A stretch of 64,000 bases of DNA from Meyerozyma guilliermondii (taxonomy: Eukaryota), in the NCBI GenBank assembly GCA_051546255.1, contig CP128815.1, positions 868,001 to 932,000 of the forward strand. The letters are read 5' to 3'. The translations under genes were made by a program, and so were the position numbers. Shown here piece after piece: positions 41,207-52,068 of the stretch (position 1 is the first letter of the stretch; every line of letters starts with the position of its first letter). Under the pieces are notes generated by a model. It had not been told where the DNA came from, made no database searches, and saw nothing but the letters and a program-made list of their open reading frames with translations.

Positions 41207-42523
41207 ATGGCGTCTCAAGTGCATTTTCTAGATATAAAGGGTAAGTCTCTCTTATCCCGAGACTACAAGGGAGACATCCCAGCAAACGCTATAGATCAAT
41301 TTCCACTTTTACTCCTTGATTTGGATAATGAAGATGAATCCAATTATCGGCCTTTTGTCAACAGCAACGGCATCAACTACGTCTATATAAACCACAACAA
41401 TTTGTACGTTTGTGCTCTTACGAGAAAGAATGAAAATGTCATGGCATTGGTGGTGTTCCTCCTGAAACTCATAGAGGTTTTGACTCTGTATTTCAAGAGT
41501 TTGGAGGAGGAATCAATCAGGGATAATTTTGTCATTATTTACGAATTGCTCGATGAAGTTATGGACTATGGAATTCCTCAAACCACTGACACAAAAATAC
41601 TCAAGGAGTACATTACCCAGGACTATTACAGATTGATCAGAAATACGCCTCTGCGGGTTGTTCAGCCACCCAATGCTGTCACCAACGCGGTGTCGTGGAG
41701 AAAAGAAGGCATATTTTACAAGAAAAACGAGGCGTTTTTGGATGTGGTGGAATCCATCAATATGTTAATAAATGCCCAAGGACAGGTGTTGAATAGTGAG
41801 ATCTTGGGTGAAATCAAGATTAAATCGCACCTTAGTGGCATGCCCGATTTGCGATTGGGATTAAATGATAAGGGAATTTTTTCGGCCGATTCTTCGAGTG
41901 AATCGACAAACAGTAAAGGCATTGAAATGGAAGATATCAAGTTCCATCAGTGTGTTCGGTTGTCCAAGTTTGAAAACGAACGTATAATCACGTTCATTCC
42001 TCCCGATGGGGAATTCACCCTCATGTCTTACAGATTGTCTCTGGCGCAATTTTTGATGAAGCCTCTCATTTTGATAACTTGCAAGACCAAAGTGCATAAA
42101 CACTCGAGAATAGAAATAATGTGTTCTGCTCGGGCGCAGATCAAGAAAAAATCCACCGCTAATAACGTGGAAATCGTCATTCCAATTCCTGAAGATGCTG
42201 ATACCCCAAAATTTGTTCCTGAATACGGAACTGTCAAATGGTACCCTGAAAAATCATGCATAATATGGAAGTTGCGAACTTTCCCAGGAGGCAAACAGTT
42301 CCATATGAGAGCAGAATTGGGATTGCCAGCGGTGGTTGATCCTGAAGAATTGGCTACTATGAGACGCCCAATCAAGGCCAAATTCTCTATACCGTACTTT
42401 ACCACTAGTGGTATACAAGTTCGTTATTTGAGAATCAACGAGCCAAAATTACAGTACCAGTCATACCCTTGGGTGCGCTATATAACCCAGTCTGGTGATG
42501 ACTACACGGTAAGAACGAGTTAG
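41207..42523 (+). CDS. APM1: AP-1 adaptor medium (mu1) chain
   Basis: EESIRDNFVIIYELLDE, VSWRKEGIFYKKNEAFLD, LSGMPDLRLGLND, FHQCV, FIPPDGEF, PWVRYIT; start ATG 41207. Confidence 0.94.
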   Translation: MASQVHFLDIKGKSLLSRDYKGDIPANAIDQFPLLLLDLDNEDESNYRPFVNSNGINYVYINHNNLYVCALTRKNENVMALVVFLLKLIEVLTLYFKSLEEESIRDNFVIIYELLDEVMDYGIPQTTDTKILKEYITQDYYRLIRNTPLRVVQPPNAVTNAVSWRKEGIFYKKNEAFLDVVESINMLINAQGQVLNSEILGEIKIKSHLSGMPDLRLGLNDKGIFSADSSSESTNSKGIEMEDIKFHQCVRLSKFENERIITFIPPDGEFTLMSYRLSLAQFLMKPLILITCKTKVHKHSRIEIMCSARAQIKKKSTANNVEIVIPIPEDADTPKFVPEYGTVKWYPEKSCIIWKLRTFPGGKQFHMRAELGLPAVVDPEELATMRRPIKAKFSIPYFTTSGIQVRYLRINEPKLQYQSYPWVRYITQSGDDYTVRTS

Positions 42524-42593
42524 TGTATATTAAACCTGCCTAAATTATCGTAGAATCACCAAATTTCAAAATATCGCGAAAGTTCAAATTTTG

Positions 42594-43298
42594 ATGGACT
42601 ACGACAGAATCAGAGAAGCCATTCACAAGTGCATCGTCTACAATGAAAAGGTGTTGAATGGCAAATATATGGGTCTCGATGTCGAGAACGAAGCAGCGAT
42701 AGTAGATAGAATCGTACAAAAACACAGTGACGATTTTGCTCAACTTCTTTCAAAGAAAGATTACTACGAATCAAAGCTTTTTACATGGCTTCACCAAAAC
42801 TTGAAGCTTGTAAAAGGAAAAGCCCCATTGTACAAACGCCCGAATTTACCTGATCCACTCTACATTACCAATCGATATCACGCAATTCAATATGTTGAAA
42901 AAATAATTATTAACGATGATATCAAGGTTAGGGCTATAAGAGAGCTAATTATCAAGCATAAAAGTTTCCAAGAAGACTTCAAGAAGCAACGAGATGAAAT
43001 AATTGAGCAATATAACGAAAGCAAACGTCAAATCTACCAGAATAAAGGACCACAAATTCTTAGCAGTATTAATGAAAGTAAAATTGCAAGGTTAAGAGAA
43101 GCAACAGAAACTGATTTGAGGAGCTTAGATGAGCGTATGGCGTATAAAATGAAGAAACTAAGCAACGAGAACCATGAGCTTCTTCGAGGTTTTAAAGTGC
43201 CGTTTTTTTACATTGATGAAAGTTACAAGTACCCTGACTTGAAACAAGATCAAGAATTTATGCTTGATTTACTACGAGACTCAATAGAATTGAAATGA
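42594..43298 (+). CDS. Hypothetical coiled-coil protein, possibly DUF2458-like
   Basis: 234-aa ORF; its C-terminus LDERM..LRGFKVPFF..QEFMLDLLRD recalls the fungal DUF2458 family (from memory). Confidence 0.55.
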   Translation: MDYDRIREAIHKCIVYNEKVLNGKYMGLDVENEAAIVDRIVQKHSDDFAQLLSKKDYYESKLFTWLHQNLKLVKGKAPLYKRPNLPDPLYITNRYHAIQYVEKIIINDDIKVRAIRELIIKHKSFQEDFKKQRDEIIEQYNESKRQIYQNKGPQILSSINESKIARLREATETDLRSLDERMAYKMKKLSNENHELLRGFKVPFFYIDESYKYPDLKQDQEFMLDLLRDSIELK

Positions 43299-43392
43299 TC
43301 CATTCATGGATACTATATGCATATTAAGGTACAGATCCATGACCCGCTATTCAGGTAGCGATCGGTCACAGATATAATTCAGCTTTTGCCAA

Positions 43393-45150
43393 TTAGTCCA
43401 AGTCAGTTACACAACCGGTGGAAGCATCACTAACCAATTTGGAGTACTTGGCCAAGGTTCCTCTCGTGTATCTTGGAGCAGGAGGAGACCACAGCTTCTT
43501 TCTTTCAGCGAGAATTTCTTCCGAGACAAGCAAGTCAATTTTGTTGTTTTCAGCATCAATGACAATCTCATCTCCGTCGTGAACCAAGGCAATTGGGCCA
43601 CCCTCGGCGGCTTCTGGCACGATGTGACCAATCAAGAAACCATGAGAACCACCAGAGAACCTACCATCAGTCAACAATGCAACGTCTTTACCCAAACCAT
43701 AACCCATCAATGCTGAAGAAGGTTTCAACATTTCGGGCATACCAGGACCACCCTTAGGGCCCTCATAACGAATCACACAAACGGTCTTTTCTCCCTTCTT
43801 GATCTCTCCCTTTTCAAGAGCCTTGATGAACAATTCTTCATTGTCAAACACTCTGGCAGCTCCCTTAAAGTAGGTACCTTCTTTACCAGTAATCTTACCA
43901 ACGGCACTTCCTGGTGCTAAAGTACCCTTGAGAATTTGCAAGTGTCCATTTGGTTTCAATGGGTTAGAAACAGGACGAACAATGTCTTGACTGGCTGGCA
44001 ATCCCTTGACCTTTGATAAGTTTTCTTTGATGGTATTACCGGTGACGGTGTACTGGTCTCCATCGAGGAAACCTTCTTCCAACAACAATTTCATCACCGC
44101 AGGAGTACCTCCAAATTGTTGAAGATCTGCCATAACGTATTTACCAGATGGTCTGAAATCAGCCAACAATGGAGTGGTATCAGAAATACGTTGGAAGTCA
44201 TCAACAGTCAAGTCAATACCCACAGAATGAGCAATGGCAATCAAGTGCAACACCGCATTTGTGGAACCACCAGTGGCAATGATGTAGGTGATGGCATTCT
44301 CAAAGGACTTTTTAGTCATTATATCCTTGGGTTTCAAATCAATTTCTAATAAATGTTTCATGGCATAACCAACATTGTCACACTCATCAGCTTTTTCTTT
44401 CGAAATGGCAGGAGCTGAAGAAGAGTATGGAAGTGACATACCCATGACCTCAGCAGCAGAAGCCATGGTGTTGGCGGTATACATACCACCACAAGCACCA
44501 GCACCTGGACAAGCATGTCTTACAATGTCCTTTCTTTGTTCCTCATTGATCTGTCCACTCAAAAATTGACCATAAGATTGGAAAGCACTAATGATATCAA
44601 TCTTCTCAGGAACATTTGCACCACCACAAGAAGGAGATCCAGGCATGATAGTACCACCATAAACCATAATCGATGGACGATTGTGTCTACCCATAGCCAT
44701 AAGAGTACCAGGCATATTCTTGTCACACGATGGAATGGCAATGTTACCATCATACATCTGGGCCATCACTAAAGTCTCAAATGAATCGGCAATGATTTCT
44801 CTCGATTGTAATGAATATCTCATACCATCAGTACCGTTGGTGATACCATCAGAAACTCCAATGGAATTGAATTGCATTCCTTTCAATCCAGCCTTGTTCA
44901 CAGAAGCTGTACATCTGTCGTTCATGTCCATCAAGTGCATATTACAAGGGTTTCCTGACCACCATACACTTCCAACTCCAATTTGAGCCTTATCGAAATC
45001 TTCATCTTGAAAGCCCGTAGCATACAACATGGCTTGCGAAGCACCTTGAGACTTATCCTGGGTCACGATCGAAGAGTACTTGTTGAGCACTTTCTCACAA
45101 CGGACCACCGAAGTGGAAAATAGTCTAGAATGTACTCTAGCAGATAACAT
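43393..45150 (-). CDS. ILV3: Dihydroxy-acid dehydratase, mitochondrial
   Basis: [61 protein letters not shown]. Confidence 0.98.
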   Translation of the reverse strand: MLSARVHSRLFSTSVVRCEKVLNKYSSIVTQDKSQGASQAMLYATGFQDEDFDKAQIGVGSVWWSGNPCNMHLMDMNDRCTASVNKAGLKGMQFNSIGVSDGITNGTDGMRYSLQSREIIADSFETLVMAQMYDGNIAIPSCDKNMPGTLMAMGRHNRPSIMVYGGTIMPGSPSCGGANVPEKIDIISAFQSYGQFLSGQINEEQRKDIVRHACPGAGACGGMYTANTMASAAEVMGMSLPYSSSAPAISKEKADECDNVGYAMKHLLEIDLKPKDIMTKKSFENAITYIIATGGSTNAVLHLIAIAHSVGIDLTVDDFQRISDTTPLLADFRPSGKYVMADLQQFGGTPAVMKLLLEEGFLDGDQYTVTGNTIKENLSKVKGLPASQDIVRPVSNPLKPNGHLQILKGTLAPGSAVGKITGKEGTYFKGAARVFDNEELFIKALEKGEIKKGEKTVCVIRYEGPKGGPGMPEMLKPSSALMGYGLGKDVALLTDGRFSGGSHGFLIGHIVPEAAEGGPIALVHDGDEIVIDAENNKIDLLVSEEILAERKKLWSPPAPRYTRGTLAKYSKLVSDASTGCVTDLD

Positions 45151-45198
45151 TGTGGAAATGATTCACTCTGTGGCCGCTCACCCGAGTGAAAAATTCAT

Positions 45199-45390
45199 AT
45201 CCTGCAGATAAGCACGGACCGGCATACAGATAGCCAATGAAAATCCGACAAATGTCAGCGGGAAATACACGTCTCCTTCAAAGTAACTGCTAGCCAGACA
45301 ACCACACAACATTTGGACCATACTGCCGCGGCCATCGCTAAATAGTCATACCTCGGTTAGAATAGAAATCCTGCAGATAAGAATCCTGCA
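45199..45390. repeat. Direct repeat ATCCTGCAGATAAG x2 plus a partial third copy in the ILV3/PEX4 divergent promoter
   Basis: Exact 14-mers at 45199-45212 and 45368-45381; ATCCTGCA again at 45383-45390. Confidence 0.8.
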
Positions 45391-45540
45391 CACCCACCGT
45401 CACAGTCAAATCCCTGACTCGCATGCTAGCCGAATCTACCACTGTATTTTTACAGTTTGAAAGCATAACCAGTTCAATTTTGTTTTTTCAGCTCTTTTTC
45501 AGTGACTCCCGCACTATTTGGAAACGATATTTTGGTGAAA

Positions 45541-46860
45541 ATGTCGAATAAAAGGGTTTTAAAAGAGCTAACCCAGCTTCGAAAATCGCCGCCAAGTGCC
45601 TCTAATCATCAAATTATCAGCTTATCTCCCGTGGGAGAAGATATATACATCTGGGAAGCAGCTATAGCGAAGCAAACAACCGAAGACTCGCCTTATTATT
45701 ATCATGGCCAATGGAAGCTAGACATCAGATTGCCAATACAATATCCTCAAGTACCTCCCAAGGTTTGGTTTAGTAAAGAAACACCTATATTACACCCCAA
45801 TGTGGATTTTGGAACGGGAGAGATTTGTCTTGACATTTTGAAGTCGGAAAGCTGGTCTCCTGCTTGGACGATAGAGTATGTTGTGGTAGCTATTCTCATG
45901 CTTATCGACGACCCGGAGCCAGACTCACCGCTTAATTTAGATCTGGCCAACTTGTTTCGCTACGATAAAGATGCATTTGAGTCCATGGTCCAATATACTA
46001 TTTGGAAGTACAATACTTTCTACCAAGAGAACCAGCCACAACCACTTCGCGAACAAAGTGGAATCAAGGTGGTAGAAGGAGTTACCGCAGAAGATGTGGA
46101 GACAAACAGAGTGGCCGAGGCAACTAATACGGCCATGCAAGCTATTCAGTCAGAAGCTGAAGACTTGGCTGAAGATGTGAAAGATATCACTAAAGAAAAC
46201 CACCAGAATGAGTTGCTTGCATCCAGAATCAACAATTCAGCGAACAACAGAGATCCCGAACGTTCAAACATCAAAGCACATAATCAAGCCGTCCATATGA
46301 TTGACGTCAAAATCAAAGATCTTCAGGATCAGAAACGTGAACTCGATATGCCACAGTCTACCATGACTCCAGCTTCGCCAAATTTCGACGTGATACAAGA
46401 AGTCGGCAAGCAAGTTACCCAGCAGTTTCTCGCAAAGATGGACGAAATTAACTTACATTCCCCACATTCATCGGAGGAGATTCCTACTCACGAATTGGAA
46501 GACATAAGTCGAGTGAAGCGCCAAGTTACCGACAATGTTTCGAAGCAAGTCAACGAATTGTGCCTGCGGTCTACGTCGCCAGAACTTGAAGATATTCAAA
46601 CATCACATGAAAAAGAAAGCGAAGATGTAGCGAGGATCAAGCAGCAGTTCTTGAAACAGGTTGACGATCAGATGAAAGCGAGACAAGGATACGACCACTT
46701 ATCACCCCAGTTGACCCAGGGGGATTCGGATCGCGAGCTGCGCAGTGCACTGGAGCTGTCTACGACAACAAACACTTCTAAGCAGCTGTCATTTTCCAAA
46801 ATCAAGAGAACCATGTCGTTGAAAAAGTCGAAAAAAAAGTTATTCAAAAACAAGCAGTAA
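45541..46860 (+). CDS. PEX4: Peroxisomal ubiquitin-conjugating enzyme with long C-terminal extension
   Basis: KRVLKEL, HPNVDFGTGEICLDILK..WSPAWT, PEPDSPLNLDLANL; start ATG 45541. Confidence 0.75.
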   Translation: MSNKRVLKELTQLRKSPPSASNHQIISLSPVGEDIYIWEAAIAKQTTEDSPYYYHGQWKLDIRLPIQYPQVPPKVWFSKETPILHPNVDFGTGEICLDILKSESWSPAWTIEYVVVAILMLIDDPEPDSPLNLDLANLFRYDKDAFESMVQYTIWKYNTFYQENQPQPLREQSGIKVVEGVTAEDVETNRVAEATNTAMQAIQSEAEDLAEDVKDITKENHQNELLASRINNSANNRDPERSNIKAHNQAVHMIDVKIKDLQDQKRELDMPQSTMTPASPNFDVIQEVGKQVTQQFLAKMDEINLHSPHSSEEIPTHELEDISRVKRQVTDNVSKQVNELCLRSTSPELEDIQTSHEKESEDVARIKQQFLKQVDDQMKARQGYDHLSPQLTQGDSDRELRSALELSTTTNTSKQLSFSKIKRTMSLKKSKKKLFKNKQ

Positions 46861-46914
46861 TGAGAGATGACATCTACAAAGTAACCCAATATGTTGTATA
46901 TTACACCATGAATC

Positions 46915-47118
46915 TTAACGCAATCTTCTAGCTTCTCTCTCGGACTCCATCAAACACAAGATGTCGTTTTCTCTGACAGGTCCCTTGACGTTTCTTACGA
47001 TGGTTCTGGAAGTGTCTTCCAAGAACTCGACTCTGACCTGGGTCACACCACCTCTGGAACCGGTTCTGCCCAACACTTTAATAACTTTGGCCAAAGTAAC
47101 TGGCGTTTTAGTGTCCAT
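46915..47118 (-). CDS. RPS28: 40S ribosomal protein eS28
   Basis: Near-identical to yeast Rps28 ([28 protein letters not shown]). Confidence 0.98.
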   Translation of the reverse strand: MDTKTPVTLAKVIKVLGRTGSRGGVTQVRVEFLEDTSRTIVRNVKGPVRENDILCLMESEREARRLR

Positions 47119-47311
47119 GCTGTCTATTGAAGTGGTTGAAAAATTTTATCATTTTCTCACCGAGGCCCTATGGTGCGCGCACGCCCACAAGCCGCAGGTT
47201 TGTAAATGGTAGCGACTGTTTTTGGGGGTGTGTTTCGCGGTACCATGAAAACAAAGTTTAAACTGAAGACGCCGTCTGAACAAACATAAAAAATTCGGTG
47301 ATATTGCGGCG

Positions 47312-48094
47312 ATGGTGGGGGAATCGAGAACAGAGTTACTACAGTGGCTCAATTCTACCTTGGGATTGACTTATAATCGTGTAGAACAATGTGGAACAGG
47401 AGCAGCGTATTGCCAAATTATAGACTCGATATATGGCGATGTTCCCATGGGTAAAATCAAGTTCAATGCCAGCAATGAGTACGATTACCGACACAACCTA
47501 AAGATACTCCAAACTGTATTCACCAAACATAAAATTGCCAAAACAGTGGAAGTTGAAAGACTCATCAAATGTAGGCTCCAAGACAACCTCGAATTATTGC
47601 AATGGATGAAAAAGTTCTGGACGGAAAACAAAGACATTAACGTTCCATATGATGCCCCGGCACGCCGAAGAGTTACCAGTGGTCCCTCCAGCAACATCAG
47701 GAGCCGTGCGCCTCTGCGTGCCCCAAGTGGTCCAAGGCGAGTGGTGTCTGCTGGAACATCGGTCGTTCCTGGATCTGTACCTGGGTCCGTTTCAGGGACC
47801 ATTTCGGGGCGTACCACTCCCATATATTCTGGCCATATGTCACAGGAACTAGCGAACAAGTCGCATGAATTGGAGGCTACGTTGGAGGAGTTGAAGGACT
47901 ACAAGATTCTGGTCACAAGTCTCCAGGCAGAGAGGAACTTTTACTTCAACAAACTACGAGAAATCGAGGTGCTTTGCGAAACGGCAAAGAACAGCGATAC
48001 ACAGACTCCCACCAGCGAGCTCATCGCAGAAATACAGGCTATCTTGTATAAAACCGAAGAAGGGTTTGAGGCAGAAGATGGGGACGAATTTTAG
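47312..48094 (+). CDS. BIM1: EB1-family microtubule plus-end protein
   Basis: CH domain GESRTELLQWLN..CGTGAAYCQI..QDNLELLQW, EBH motif ERNFYFNKLREIE, acidic-aromatic tail. Confidence 0.95.
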   Translation: MVGESRTELLQWLNSTLGLTYNRVEQCGTGAAYCQIIDSIYGDVPMGKIKFNASNEYDYRHNLKILQTVFTKHKIAKTVEVERLIKCRLQDNLELLQWMKKFWTENKDINVPYDAPARRRVTSGPSSNIRSRAPLRAPSGPRRVVSAGTSVVPGSVPGSVSGTISGRTTPIYSGHMSQELANKSHELEATLEELKDYKILVTSLQAERNFYFNKLREIEVLCETAKNSDTQTPTSELIAEIQAILYKTEEGFEAEDGDEF

Positions 48095-48458
48095 TTTTCC
48101 CCATCTTTCGTACCAGGGTCATTTCCATGTCGCAGAAGGGTAAATAGGGGAGATTTGGTACAACTGGATTCGGGGACACAACGTACTCTTGACAGGTCAA
48201 ATCGTACTGTGGCATTTCCCCGTTTCTCGAATGTTTCGGTTGGGAGCAATTGCAGACGCCCGGTCTATTTTTTTCTTGCGCGGCGCGCCCGTAAAAAATG
48301 CGAAAAGTTCACCTGGAGAGAAAAGTTTCACTTTTTTACTTTTGCATTTTTCACCACCATCTTCAGGTTCGAGACGCTATAGTTGCGGGAAATAGACCAC
48401 CAAAAGAAGTGCATACTACAGTTTGAACTTTTAGCCAGGCTTGTGCCGGAAGCCTACC

Positions 48459-49217
48459 ATGACTACCACTCATTATAACTACAACAGGCGTCACTCATCG
48501 GTCACACCCTACTCGATACCAGCAAAGCATCAGACCAACAAGCAACGCCGTGATAGCCATGGTCCATTAAGTCCTTCCTCTAGACCACAATTCTCCACTG
48601 GACACCATCATAATAACCACGACATAGACCCGCCCATACTCAGTCGAGAATTTGTTGTTCGCCGTATTAGTGAAGGAGAAACTGGCCGACTTAAGGAACA
48701 GCTCAAGTGTGAAGCTTGCGGCAAGGGATATAAACATATATCGTCGTTGGCCAAGCACTTGTGGGAACATACGCCAGAATGGAACGTTACTAAAAAGTTG
48801 CTCATTTCCAAGCATCAGCTGGTACAACTCTTGGAAGCGGCAAGCATATTGGTGGGAATGAATGAGAACTCGGAGACTCCACGGAGGCATTCAACATTCG
48901 GACGTGAAGAACCATCGTCAGCTTTTCTGAAATCACGTCAAGGCTCAGTATCGCAACATCCACCTTCTGGCCCTCGAGGCCAAGGAACCACTGTGGACCA
49001 GACAGCATTACAAGGCGGGTTTTTAGATGTTACTGGATTCAAGAAACCACGGCCAAGGTCCCAGTCTACCGTTTTACATAGTGAGGCCCTCAAATCACCA
49101 ACCGATAATATGCCCCACCATTACCAGCCCGACGAGGCTGACGAACATGCGGTGAAATCGGGCCTGGAGAAAACCAGTCTGCCAGAGGTGGGACTGGATG
49201 AGGAACGAAACTTATAG
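48459..49217 (+). CDS. Conserved fungal single C2H2 zinc-finger protein
   Basis: CEACGKGYKHISSLAKHLWEH followed by TPEW..ISKHQ.VQLLEAASIL; start ATG 48459. Confidence 0.8.
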   Translation: MTTTHYNYNRRHSSVTPYSIPAKHQTNKQRRDSHGPLSPSSRPQFSTGHHHNNHDIDPPILSREFVVRRISEGETGRLKEQLKCEACGKGYKHISSLAKHLWEHTPEWNVTKKLLISKHQLVQLLEAASILVGMNENSETPRRHSTFGREEPSSAFLKSRQGSVSQHPPSGPRGQGTTVDQTALQGGFLDVTGFKKPRPRSQSTVLHSEALKSPTDNMPHHYQPDEADEHAVKSGLEKTSLPEVGLDEERNL

Positions 49218-49526
49218 ATACGGATTGCACAATTATAACATTGAAGCGTAGAAGTCTTTGGTGGTTGGCACACCCAGTGCACCCGCAGACATATAGTTTT
49301 TCAATTTCACCAAAATTTTTCATCTTGGGTGCCTTTGGTAATGTTCTGGCGTGGTCCCTTCACGGGCCCGAAATCTCTTCCAGAACGAACCGTTTTGGCA
49401 AGTTCTCTAGAGCAGAAGCCGCCAAAAGCGCCCATAGAGTAATAAAGCCGTGCATCATAGTACATCTAGTGAACTACATTCACCATTGGGTGTCTCCATA
49501 GCCACGCACAATTTCTTTATTTCTAT

Positions 49527-49796
49527 CTACAGGTTGTTGCTATCTACATTTTCTTCTCCTCTAATGATTTCTCCCGTCAACGGCTGTAACAGCTCGTACT
49601 TTTTCCGTAACTCGATCTGCTCGAGGTGCTCTTTTTCATTGAGGACTTGCTTTTTGGATTTCATTCTTTCGGCATCCTTAATAGGTCCCTGACGAAGTGC
49701 CGCCCTCTCGAGCCGTTGCAAGTAGTTGACACCTACGAGTGCCGTCACGGCAAATGTGATGGAGAGGCCAAGGGTGATTTTCGACGCAGTGGACAT
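49527..49796 (-). CDS. PET117: Cytochrome c oxidase assembly factor
   Basis: MSTASKITLGLS, single TM, ERAALRQGPIKDAER, QPLTGE. Confidence 0.9.
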   Translation of the reverse strand: MSTASKITLGLSITFAVTALVGVNYLQRLERAALRQGPIKDAERMKSKKQVLNEKEHLEQIELRKKYELLQPLTGEIIRGEENVDSNNL

Positions 49797-50474
49797 ACTC
49801 TCTATATCGCATCTGGGGCACTTGGCTCTGGGTGTAGGGCACTACCGGAACCGGGACAACCCGAGCCTATAGAAAACAAACAAAAAACAAGAACAAGAAC
49901 AGAAGCAAGTGACGGTGACGAGTTCAATGTTAAGACGAGGCAGTGTAGAGGCAATTGAATGTGACAAGAGAAATCAATAAGAAAATCACCTCTATTTATT
50001 TCGTGCTCTTATAGCCGCATGGGTCGCAGTGAGCCGTAGCTCTAGAACACATGAATAGAGTATTTTCTACAAAATTAGGTTTATAATTTAATCTTGTCTA
50101 CACCAAGTGGCGAAGTTTCCCATGGCTAAATATGATTCTTTTCCATCGTAGTGTCGGGAGTTCTCCATCCCAGCCACGGTTTTGTGTCACAGCCGCAGCG
50201 GAACATCCGTGCGGATTGTCGATTAATTTGAGGAGCGACACTAAACTTGGCGGGAAACTGAATTCTCATATTAAACTCACATATTGTTGTCAATTGCTGC
50301 TCCAGTGCTGGTATATCACTCGTGCAGTATATAGCAGTACCCATAGCTAAATTTAGTCCAATCACACTCTGGTGTCTCCGATTCTGATCATCGGTCCCAC
50401 TTGTCTGTGACCCCATTTCCACCACAAACAAAGGGTCAATTAATGACAACACCGACCACAGTAGCTTAGCACCA

Positions 50475-51686
50475 ATGTCGGAAGCTCCCAAAATGTCAAA
50501 TTTGACCCGAACCCTACTATCCCAGACGGATCAGTCATCGGTTGACAAATACCAAAATCCTCCGTCGTATCTCGAATCTCCCTCCCAAGGCTCCCACAAC
50601 AAATTCATACCGTCACAGTCGTACGAATACAACGGCAGTGGCCTGTTCCAGCCGTACCATGACTACATGCCTTCGGGACATAACACTCCCAACGTGGTGA
50701 GTCTGTCGTATGTCTCCAATCATTCCCACTCGTCATCTTTACAACCTCAGTTCCTGCTGTATCCCAGTTACCGGCCGCCCGTAGCGTCTCCCACAACAAA
50801 CATCTCCATGGAAACTACCACGGCTCCTCAACCATCGATGATGGGGTTTGCTCCACATCTTTCCACCTCTGCCATTCCAGTACCACAATCGCTTCCTTCG
50901 ACGTCAAAAATCACCGAGAATCCGTTTGCACCTCAGTCATTGCCCCTCCCTCAAGCTGCGCTTTCGGCCCCTGATCACTACATGACCTACCATGAATATC
51001 TCCTGACACTTCCCGGAGACGAAGAACATTTAAACATCGTGGAATATCCTGTCAATGACTTGATATTGATGCTCTCTTCGTTATTAACCAAGATAATCGA
51101 AGCCAACGACAAATTGCACCCAAATCACTTTGACAATACAATTGCAGCTCGCCAGAGACTAAAAGAAGAACGCAAGAGCAATGGCGATACAGAAAGCATT
51201 AATGAAGAAGATGATGAGATGAAAAACAAGTACCTTGCCAACGTTTTGGCATTTCATGGTGCCAATGTTCCTGGGATATCCCTCCATGCATACCTTGCCA
51301 GAGTGCTAAAGTATTGCCCGGTTACTAACGAGGTATTTCTCTCACTACTTGTCTACTTTGATAGAATTGCCAAAAAGGCAAACAACTTACAGCACAAACA
51401 AGAAGCAGAACAGCTTTTCGTCATGGACTCTTATAACATACATCGTCTTATTATATCTGGTATCACGGTGTCGTCCAAGTTTTTTTCCGACATTTTCTAC
51501 AAGAATTTACGATATGCCAAGGTGGGAGGATTACCCTTGGATGAGTTGAATTATTTAGAGCTTCAATTCTTGTTACTTCTCGATTTCAAGCTCATGATCT
51601 CGGTGGAGGATATGCAAAACTATGGCGATTTACTCCTCAAGTTTTGGAAGAGAGAAAGGGTTGCCAAGGAGTTTCTGCCTTCATAG
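50475..51686 (+). CDS. PCL7: Pho85 cyclin of the Pho80 subfamily (Pcl6/7)
   Basis: FHGANVPGISLHAYLARVLKYCP, LLVYFDRI, NIHRLII, SKFFSD, YAKVGG, ELNYLELQFL. Confidence 0.88.
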   Translation: MSEAPKMSNLTRTLLSQTDQSSVDKYQNPPSYLESPSQGSHNKFIPSQSYEYNGSGLFQPYHDYMPSGHNTPNVVSLSYVSNHSHSSSLQPQFLLYPSYRPPVASPTTNISMETTTAPQPSMMGFAPHLSTSAIPVPQSLPSTSKITENPFAPQSLPLPQAALSAPDHYMTYHEYLLTLPGDEEHLNIVEYPVNDLILMLSSLLTKIIEANDKLHPNHFDNTIAARQRLKEERKSNGDTESINEEDDEMKNKYLANVLAFHGANVPGISLHAYLARVLKYCPVTNEVFLSLLVYFDRIAKKANNLQHKQEAEQLFVMDSYNIHRLIISGITVSSKFFSDIFYKNLRYAKVGGLPLDELNYLELQFLLLLDFKLMISVEDMQNYGDLLLKFWKRERVAKEFLPS

Positions 51687-52068
51687 CTTGGCCCACCCAT
51701 AGAAGGAAGTTTTCAAAGCGGTTTCTGTGCCTGGCGCCTATACTATTGCGCTCTGCACAGGTTAAGCCCTCAACCGCCAATGCGCATCACTCATGGCAAT
51801 TGCCAATGTATTAGGGTAGAACAAGTGTCGCACAGCCAGCCTGCCTTTGTCTCCACATTGCCATTGATGTATATAGTCTCTGTACTCAAAGGACTAAAAT
51901 AGAATCTCGTTTAGCCCGTTCCGCTCTACCCCATTTTGTTATGGTCCGTTGCGCCGCACAAAAATTTTGATACCGTTTTGGGTAAGGTAAGTTGAGGCTT
52001 AAATTTAGCAAGATGGGACCCTAAATAATTTAAATTGAAGCCATCAAGGCTGCTTTTTCCCGTACGTT

